A stretch of DNA of 64,000 nucleotides from Adineta vaga (lineage: Eukaryota; Animalia; Rotifera), in NCBI GenBank assembly GCA_021613535.1, contig CP075494.1, positions 12,028,001 through 12,092,000 on the forward strand. The letters are read 5' to 3'. How positions within the stretch are numbered: position 1 is the stretch's first letter; every line of letters starts with the position of its first letter. The notes below the pieces were generated by a model. That model saw nothing but the letters and a program-made list of their open reading frames with translations, did no database searches and had not been told where the DNA came from. Shown piece after piece: positions 54,513-64,000 of this stretch. The translations under genes were made by a program, and so were the position numbers.

Positions 54513-56398
54513 ATGCTTAATTCTCCTATATTACAAACAGATTCGGATAAACGTTTACGTTCTTCATTATCACGAAATCATAAAACTGATTTAGTTCAAC
54601 TTTCATCAGCAGACAAATTTGATGATATCAATAATAATCATTATGATGAACCGGAAAACAATGTTAATAAGTGTCATAAACAAGATTTAGCTTTAAATGA
54701 TCATGAAAATGATAGTACTCTATTAACGACAACAACGACAACAACTGTTGAAGTTAAAGTTAAAACAACAAAGACATCATCACGTAAACGTAAATTAAAT
54801 TCTATTAATGATATGACTAGTGACAATCTTAACAAACAACAACCAGTCACTAAAAAAAGGGTAATATATAAGAAGACAATTGAAGCACGAAAGATAGAAA
54901 GGAAATTCAATCTCTATTTCTCTTTCACACACACACACATACACGGCATCCCCGAGGGATAATGATATCTTGATGTGTGCGTGTGTATGTTCGCCCTATT
55001 TACTTTTCTCCATGAATATATACTCTCATGCAGCTGCTTTATTTCTTCTTCTTGTTCTGTCCTATGTCTGTCTGCTATTTGTCGTTGTCGTCGTACAATA
55101 CTTATCTTAAAGAGACAGAATAAATGTGTAAATCTGTCAATTGATTGATTTAAATATTCTTCGTGTTTATGCTATAAATTTTCCGTTTTTCTTCTATCTA
55201 GAAAAATCCACGTATGACTAAATTCGATGATACAACCTCCTCACCAAAGAAAACCAATCCTCAAACAGTTGATCAATCATCTATCACTGATGAATCTTCG
55301 TTTGGTTCATGTGAACCAGGTTCTAGCGTTGTTCTTCAAGGCATCGTTTGGAATGAAACTGATAAAGGTAAACAAATCAAAGAAAAAAGATGTTTGAATA
55401 ATCATGTTATTTAATAGGTGTACTTGTCGTCAATATCACTTGGCGAGGTAAGTCATGTCAATGTGAAAAAAGAAATCATTAAACATATATATATATATAT
55501 ACATATATGTGATGTTTTAAGGTAAAACTTATGTTGGTGCTTTATTGAATACAACTGAACAAAATTGGGCTCCACCACGGTAGGTTGATTTTTTAGTTCC
55601 AGTTAATTCGTATGTATTTGACAATGATTGTTTTTTTCTCGTAGATATAAATCTGATGTTCGTTCCACAAAACAAAATCATAATCGTGATCAGCAATTAA
55701 CGTCGATACCATCTACACATGATTCCAGTGAACGTATTTTACGTAATGGAAAACGGCGAGGATCAAATACAACAGTAACTCCAAGTTCAACAACAAAAAA
55801 TCAATCTTTTAAAATTCCTCAAACACCTCCATCATCATCATCATCATCATCGTCGTCATCATCATCGTCATCGTCATCATCAAATGTCGTACCATCATCA
55901 GTAAATACAAATGATGAAGATGAAATCAATTCCTTAATTGAAGAAAAAAGGACGACAATGAATAGTAATGGTGGTGATGAAGAAATAGGTGATAATGATT
56001 CGAGTCGAAGTCTTAGTCCAATGACAAGTGGAGCAAGTACAGCATCATCAAGTCCACCCTTATCAACAACTACAGAAAATCAATTATCATCATTGACAAC
56101 GAATCCAACAGATTTATCCAATACTAAAATGACTTTAAATATCGAACAAAAACCCAATGATAATTTATCACCATACCATCATTTTCCTTCGGAAATAGTC
56201 GATCCATCGAGTTATTTTTCCTCACGACATGGATCGACGAATTCATTTAGTTTACCAACATTTAATAAACTTTCTTCTCAACCATCGACGATATCTTCTC
56301 CATCGTCATTTCTTCCGATGCCAGCACAACTTTATTTTAATTCATTAACATTACCTCATTATCCATCAGTATCTTCTTTGTCAAAATCATCACGTTAA
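54513..56398 (+). CDS. ZNF608/609 (brakeless/scribbler)-like paralog A, lacking the zinc finger
   Basis: Spliced domain [52 protein letters not shown]; Ser-rich tail, no C2H2. Confidence 0.82.
55831..55882 (+). repeat. (TCA/TCG)n trinucleotide repeat encoding poly-Ser in paralog A
   Basis: Visible in the sequence and in the ORF translation. Confidence 0.85.
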
Positions 56399-58461
56399 GT
56401 TGTATTTATATTTGTTCAGATACATATTTCTATCATTTTTCTTTCTTATATATATGACAAGGTGCTCTGATGTCTAGTAATATATGGTTCCTCTTCTTTA
56501 CTTTCTTGTTTATTTGCTGTTCTTATTATTGTTTTTGTATATATATATATATTCTTTCGTTCAGTTTATCTATTCTAGTCGAATGTTCTATATTCCCAGA
56601 GAAAGAGACATAACTTTTTGTGTAAATTTATTCTCTCTCTCTCATTCTTTCTTTCTTTCTTTTCTTTCGTTTACTACAACATTACAACTTATTGCTTACT
56701 ATTATTAGTGTGTAATCAACACACAAAACAATAAAAAAGAAAAACAAAAAGACATCAATGTAGGATAATAAAGAATGTATGTATGTATGTGCCTTGCAGT
56801 TCTGTCACTTAGCTCATTTCATTTTGGTAAATGATGATGATGATGATGATGATGTTGAAGGGAAAAGAATAATGATGATTCATGTTTTCTTTTCTTCTTT
56901 CTTTGTCTTTATTAAGAAACTTGTTGATGTCTTCTTTTGTTTATTCAAGTAGATGAAATTCTCTTGAGCTACTCAAATCAATTGTATTCTTTGCTCGCTT
57001 TCAATGATGAGATGAGGCATGTCGATTTATAATAGCAGTTTCCTCTTATGATGTAATTTCCGTTTTGATTTCAATTCTAATCAATGTTTTTCTTTTCTTT
57101 CTATTGCATTAGATCGTAACATGTCAAATGTGTAGAATCGATATTTATTCTTTCGATTATAAGGGCAATCGAATCTGAAGTTTCCATCTCGTCGAGAAGA
57201 AAAGGTTACATAAATAGTAACTATTACTTCCTTCTTCATCTTATATATATATATACACAAAAAAACGTAAAGATTCAAAAACATCATTATCGACATATGA
57301 CTCGTCGTTATTACGTGTAATGGACATATTTACTTAGTTCACATATATACAATGAGAAGACGACGACAAGTAGAGGAGTAGTATCAGATTCATTTCATTT
57401 TCTTTATATTTGTAAAATTACACCATTGAAATGAAAGAAATCGAGATGTCAATTAAAAAACAAGGTTTCTTTCAATACATTTTAAGAATCTCTTGAAAAA
57501 AAATAAGAGGGAAGAAAAAGCAAAAGACTTGAGTGTTTCTTGGCTGATAGGCATATAGACAAATATAGCTTATCACAACTAGTGTAACCACAAATTTGCC
57601 AACATAATCTGAAACGTCTTGTTGACAATGATAGTGATGAGATGGAAATGGATTGATGGGAAAGTGGAGAAAAGAACGAGTAATGGCATCTACAGACCTC
57701 GAATCCATTTGTCTGTTTGTGTGTGTGTGTGTGTAGGCAAAAAAATGTAAGGGAAGAAAAAAAGAGAAGCGCATACACGCAAAGAACGTGCGTTCGCTCG
57801 AAACTCTTTTAATAACATATAAAGGCGCGTAAGATAGGCATTAGAAAGACGAGTGAGAGTCTACATTTTCTTTTTTTTCTCGCTCGCCTTCTTTCCCCTT
57901 CCTTTCTTTGGTCGAGACCATACGAACGATAGAAAAGAAAGAAAGGAAGAAAGAAGGAGAAAAATATCTTTTCTACATCAGCACATTCATTTCTCTGGAG
58001 ACGAAAAAAAAAGAAAAAGAGAAAAAAATACGACACAGCAATCATCACTCTCCGTAAGCAAACGCGCACACAACACACATTTAAAGAGAATACTATATAT
58101 ATATGCAGAACGACAAACGATCTTTTCTTCTCGTCATGTTAATACTTTCTTTGTTCTTCACAAATGTGAAATAGACTGACCCGTCGATAGAAAAAAAAAC
58201 AGAAAAGAGAAAGAAAGGGAATAAATCGTAGCAGTAACAGCAACAGCAACAGGCAGCAGTAATAATAGTATGCATATGACTTTCTTCTTCTTCTAATCCG
58301 AACCCGTCCTTAATTGCTAATACGTGCGTTATTTTCTTTTTTTCTTATGTGCATTTGTTATTGTTCTTTCTTTCTATAGAAATACCTAATAGACTCAAAC
58401 GAATATATATATCTACTATAACTAAATAAGGCAACAACAGCATGAGCTGGCTTGTTAAACG

Positions 58462-61400
58462 ATGAATCTTCTTATTGAACAACGTTCAACATCAATAACG
58501 TCGAAATTACAACAAACTCAATCACAGTTATCGAATGAAAATGATGTTAATAATAGTTTATCATCTTCACCGCTAATACTTAAAATCAAGCGGCAATCAA
58601 ATTCTTTACCAATGACAAACGAAGATAATAATACTAATAATCAACGTTTAAAACGTCCTATTCCTAATTCAACGACACGTCGACCATCATCACCAGCATT
58701 TAATGGTAAACAACAAGTAACAAAACGTTCGATGACAATTGATAATAATAATAATGATTTAACACCAAATCTTGACGATAGTTCATTGACAAAACGATTC
58801 AAACAAGATGACTTAAATGTAAGTTTTTTTGTTGTTGTTGATTCTATTTACTTTAGTCTACTTCAGTTAGTGAAATTAACCATATGTATTTATGTAAAAA
58901 AAATCGACATTTTTTTTCTCTTTTGTTTTCTTAAGCAGTCATCATCAACTAAAGTGGATGCCAGTGTTGAAACAGTCTCCATTGGTTTAGCTACCGAACC
59001 TGATCAGCTTGGTCCCTGTGAGCCTGTATGTTTTTTTTCTTCTTTCGTTCTCGACTTTCTATATATTTATATATTTGATGCCTTTTCATTAGGGTACAAG
59101 TGTTGTATTAGAAGGCATCGTTTGGAATGAAACTGACAGTGGTAAGCAATCGTAGTCAGAGTTGTTTGTAACCCTTCATCATTATAATCATAATCGTACA
59201 TACGAATGCATGTGTTTTAACATCGGTCATAAATTATCAAACTAAACAGATGTTGCCATTACATTTTGTATGCGTGTGTATGTCTATATATATGTGTGTA
59301 TTCTATTACTGACAGTGATGAAAGAGAACGAATGAAGTTTCTTCTTTTCCTCTTGTTTGCAAGTGTTTCTCGATTTGCTGTTATATGGTATGTTGTCACA
59401 GAACAACTCAAAAAATGTTTTATTTTCTTTACACATAAATATATGTGATTGTCAAGTGTGTATGCAATCTTATCATCATGTCTTTTGATGATGCACGGAA
59501 ACTTCTTTTCTTTTCTGAGGAAAAAAAAGATGAGTTTTGCCCATCGGCAAATTTTCATTTTCCGGCTCGAGTAATACTTGTTTATATATATATTTATATA
59601 TAAGATATAAAATCAATTAATCATGTATGTTGATACGCATCAATTATTTATGATAAGTAAAATTTCTCTCTCACTCACTCACTCACTCACTCACTCACTC
59701 ACTCACTCACTCACTTACTCTCTCTCTCTCTCTCTTTTCTATTGACAATAGATTAATATTATCTCTCTCACCTGTATGTGAAGTATCGATTGTTGTTTCA
59801 AGGATTGACCTTGTCAATAAAAATCGAGAAAATGTCTTCGTAATAGAAAATTTAAATTCATATTTATTTTCTATCATGCTCATTTGTACATTTTTGTTTC
59901 TGTTTAAATTAAAGGTGTACTCGTGGTTAATGTAACATGGCGAGGAAAAACTTATGTGGGAACATTACTTGATTCAACAAAACAAGATTGGGCATGTCCT
60001 AGGTAAATATCAATAATTAGTTTTGTTGTTTTTCTTTTCAATAAATTTATTATATTGTTTTGATTTTTTATTTAGACTAGTATGTGAATCACCAAATAGC
60101 GATTATGATGCTCGTCATAATAGTAAAACTAGTCGTACGAAACGTACTGGTGCCGGTGGTACTAATCGCTTTTTTAATTCTCATTCGACAATATCTTCTC
60201 AACAATACTCTTCAAATAATAATTCATCTGGTACAGATGATCGAAAGCTTCGAAATAACATTAAAACACGACAATCGAAACGAACAAATCTCAATTCAAT
60301 CGATGAAACGACTACAACTACTACCAACACAACATCAAATACTAGTTCACCATTAGCATCACCTTTTCCAACAAATACAACATTTTTTCCATCATCAAAT
60401 TCTGAAACACAATTAATTTCATGTACTGAATCACAATGTCTGAAACGATTTGTGTCAACTATTGCTCTCAATTATCATCTAAGTAATGCTCACAAAAAAA
60501 GTGATGCTAATTTATCTACTCCTGTTGTTCAACAAGCAAGTACACGAGATGAAGAAGATGTTGCACATATTCTAGCTAATGTTGCTGATTATGTTCGTCG
60601 ACCATCACCACGTTCTTCTCCTGATCATCAACGTCCAACAACATTGACATGGCCTTGTCCACAAATATCTTCGAATCTTGTTCTTTCATCACCCTTAATC
60701 AATAATGAACCAACAATCATTCCTATTCCTACCAATCCAACGAGGTATGTATCATTAACCAAATATGCGAGTCTAGGACATTTTTTTCTTTCATCAATAA
60801 ATCCAAAGCTTGTGACGGAAAGAAGAAATGCTAACATATTCATCTATTGACTTTTCTTCTAAATAATACTATTGGATCACTCATAGTCTCTCTAGAGATG
60901 AAGTATTCTCTCGAGCAATATTTAATTCTTATTCTTTCCTTGAGGAGAAATAAAACCTTGGTGCATTGTCTTCAAAGCAAAATAGGCTTAACAAATTGAA
61001 CAAAACTAATTTCCTGTTTAGATGTATTCTTAACAATACTGAAACAAATAGCGAACAAGAGGATGTTAAACCAGCCGATCATTTTTTATTACATATTCAA
61101 GATGAATCATGGGCAAATGCAAAAAACGATTCAACAAATGAAAATAAAAAAACTTTAAAAATTCCGACACCATCTCCATCATCTTTTGTTCCTATTAATT
61201 CATCTCCAACTATTCCACCCACTTCATCCTCACCAGCCTATTCGGATATATCAGATGAAGATCCAACAACAACAACAACAACAGCAAATACTAACAATGA
61301 ATTTGAACAAAAATCTTCTCCATCAACAATCAATTTGCTAACAGCAACTAATGGCAAAATTGATGACAATGATCAATCAACAATAACGAATCCACCATGG

Positions 61401-61806
61401 GCAGCACAAATGCTTTTACAACAATATGGATCTTATATGCAACAACAAACATCCAATAGGTAAGAGAGAAGAAAATGATTTCTTTCTTCAAGAAATAATT
61501 TCATTTCTGATTAGTTTGAACAGTAAAATCAATTCAGATGATACCAGTGATTCCACTGTGAAAAATATTCTTGATTCTCGACGTTTATCAACAACAAAAC
61601 CATCATCTCCATCATCAATAAATGATTCAAATTCATTAGTAAATAATTATCAAACAAATCTATATCAACATCAATCTACTGATTCAAAATCTACGATAAA
61701 TTCTTTAACATTACCTAATGAAAATCTTCTTCATCCTTCAACAACAGATTCACATGAGTATTCATCGAATATTACTTCTTCATCTTCAATACATCCGTCT
61801 CGGTGA
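58462..61806 (+). CDS. ZNF608: ZNF608/609 (brakeless/scribbler)-like paralog B, with C2H2 finger
   Basis: [63 protein letters not shown]; finger [10 protein letters not shown]...LNYHLSNAH; [11 protein letters not shown] motif. Confidence 0.88.
59671..59714. repeat. (TCAC)n tetranucleotide microsatellite followed by (TC)n, intronic
   Basis: About 11 perfect TCAC units. Confidence 0.9.
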
Positions 61807-64000
61807 TGAACTAAAACTTTTCTATTTTTTTTTCAAAAATCTATCGATTGATTTGTTTCAAACGTATACTTATCGATCAATATCTTTTTTTCTTCTGTAC
61901 AGCGATTGTTCTTTTTGTATGTTCTATTAGCACAAAACAAAACCACGGTGCATTTTTTTTGCACCAACAGTCTTTCACGTTCATTGCTTTGTGCGTGTTG
62001 TATTTCGCTTTATTTCTTCTTCTTCTTCTTCTCTCTCTCTCTTTCTTTCTTTCTTCATCGTTTTTTTCCTCTTTGTTTTGTATGTGTCTGCATTGTTCTA
62101 TGAGATGAAATGATGATATGACAAAACAAGAAGATGATAATACTTGAACATCATAATGATGACATCCATAGAAAAGAAAGAATTTGACGTCTATGAATGA
62201 AGATTTTTGAAATGTTATTTTCTTGTCAATATGACATGATCTTCGGAGAAACTCGATTTACATAATTATTAGATTTTTTTTTGCTCAATGATTAATGATG
62301 ATGATAAATAGTATTCAAAGAAAGTAAGCGCGTCATTTACTAGTTTGTCATTCATGGAATTGAGTTGGAAAAATGACCGTAAATCGAATTGTTATTTTCT
62401 TTGACATAGACAGTTTAATTGAAAGTTAAAAGAGAACTATTAACAGGAAATTTCATTGCTACTTGATTTCCGTTTTTATGATGGGAAGAATTTGACAGAA
62501 CAGAAACATATTTGACTGATTTGGTTATATATTGTACCGGTTTTCGACTGTTACTTATCATTACTACATTCGTAAAATCTTTCGTAATCAACGTTTTATA
62601 ATTGTAACGGTACGAAAAGAATAAAAATTTGTTATATGTGTCGCGATAGAATCATAAATATTCATTCGTACTTGAATACATGAGAGAACATTTTCAATGG
62701 TTTGCAAAGTAGAATAGCAGTAACTATCTATCTTGGAACCATTGGTACAACAGGATTGTCTCACAAAGCCAAATGAGTCTTCAAGATTACCAAAGAATTA
62801 ATCTACTGAAAATTAATATATCTTTATTTATTAGTGAAGAAAATCTAATTTCATTGTACACCAGTTAAATAGTTTATAGAATAGAGACTTATTGGTGGTG
62901 AGATAGAAAAACGAGAAAATATTGACATCGCACTTGACTAAAACAGGCAGACAGGAATTTTTATCATTTATTTTATTCTTTATGTATGAATACACGCTTA
63001 CTAATCTAATTAATGAATGAAACAAATGTTAAAATTTCATAATCTACTGTCAATATTGTCAACAGTTCGTACGATATTAACCAAAATTTTGATCGAAATC
63101 GTGCAACAACATTCCCTCGTGTAATATCGAATGAGAACAGACGAATAGAGTTATAATTACTCTCCAAATCAATATATCTCTTTGCTAGAATGAAGACAAT
63201 AGAAATTGAAATATTATTTTACAAGAAAAATTATATTTTTTCTGTTCTATTAAACATTTATAGTGAATCTATTCAAAATAACTTTTCAGTTGTCTCTCTT
63301 ATTTATCCTTGAACCCGATATACTTGTAAAGCAAAAGAAATACGACTTTATAAACATACCACAAACGACGATATGTCAACTAACCAAATATACGTTATTC
63401 TTTTAATGATAGAAATTATTTGCGAAACAAATTCTTTCAATATTGCGTATGTTCTATAACCAAATGATCTTTTGATTGTCCACATGGGATTTTAGATAGT
63501 TTGACAGAGGAATAACTCATGTTATGTATGGAACAGTCTTTAAATGTACCAAAGCAAAGGAATCTGATAAATGAATGAGAAATCTTTAAAAAAGACGAAA
63601 GATTCGCCACCATTGTATGAATAAAAACCTTAGAGAAGAGTATGGAAGGGCAAGTCAATGTATCATTTACAAAAGAAGAAAAATAGTCGCATATAAACAG
63701 AATGATTACGACATTGATGAAGATAAATAATTAATGATCAAGATGGTTTCTCTATTTTCACAATTTCGACTTATAAAACATCGCTTGTAATTAATTTTGA
63801 TCTTCCGTTTGCTATCAAATGAAAATCCTGAGTAGCCTACTTGGTAATGATTCGAATGGAAAATGATCGTCATGTGCGTTATTCTTCTGGAATCAAAAGT
63901 CGAGATTGAGTAATATAATATCTGCAAGACGACTGTAGTCGTATCATATAGACACATACGTAATGCTAGCTTCTAGGACAGAAAGACTTAGTGTAGCTGA

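Noticed and set aside
61850-64000. Possible gene or transposon remnant at the window end
   Set aside because: No recognisable motifs, termini or exon chain

Overview
AT-rich, gene-dense eukaryotic DNA with many short (~50-70 bp) GT-AG introns. The intron style and a characteristic F-box/LRR gene suggest a bdelloid rotifer (inference). Genes from left to right: PLPBP, EXOC8, a FYCO1/RUFY-like RUN-FYVE gene (-), a tightly packed + strand run (DNAJC11, COQ5, TPI, PNO1, a divergent E(z)/EZH, KTI12), an intronless multi-TM CDKN3-like phosphatase, ZFP36/TIS11 (-), GLI (-), a small membrane ORF, a long low-complexity protein ending in a degenerate bromodomain-like region, GIT ArfGAP, PNRC (-), EVG1/C22orf23, a repeat-bounded frameshifted F-box/LRR pseudogene, a divergent PDS5, and two tandem ZNF608/609 (brakeless)-like paralogs. 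Most notable: (1) operon-like packing with unpaired YAG|AT acceptors before start codons, suggesting polycistronic transcription resolved by SL trans-splicing; (2) an F-box gene bracketed by ~190-bp inverted repeats; (3) a membrane-anchored CDKN3-type phosphatase, a possible horizontal acquisition; (4) regulators missing key motifs (GIT catalytic Arg->Leu, GLI without SYGH, PDS5 without APEAP). Gene models were spliced by eye and family calls come from motif recognition, not database searches.
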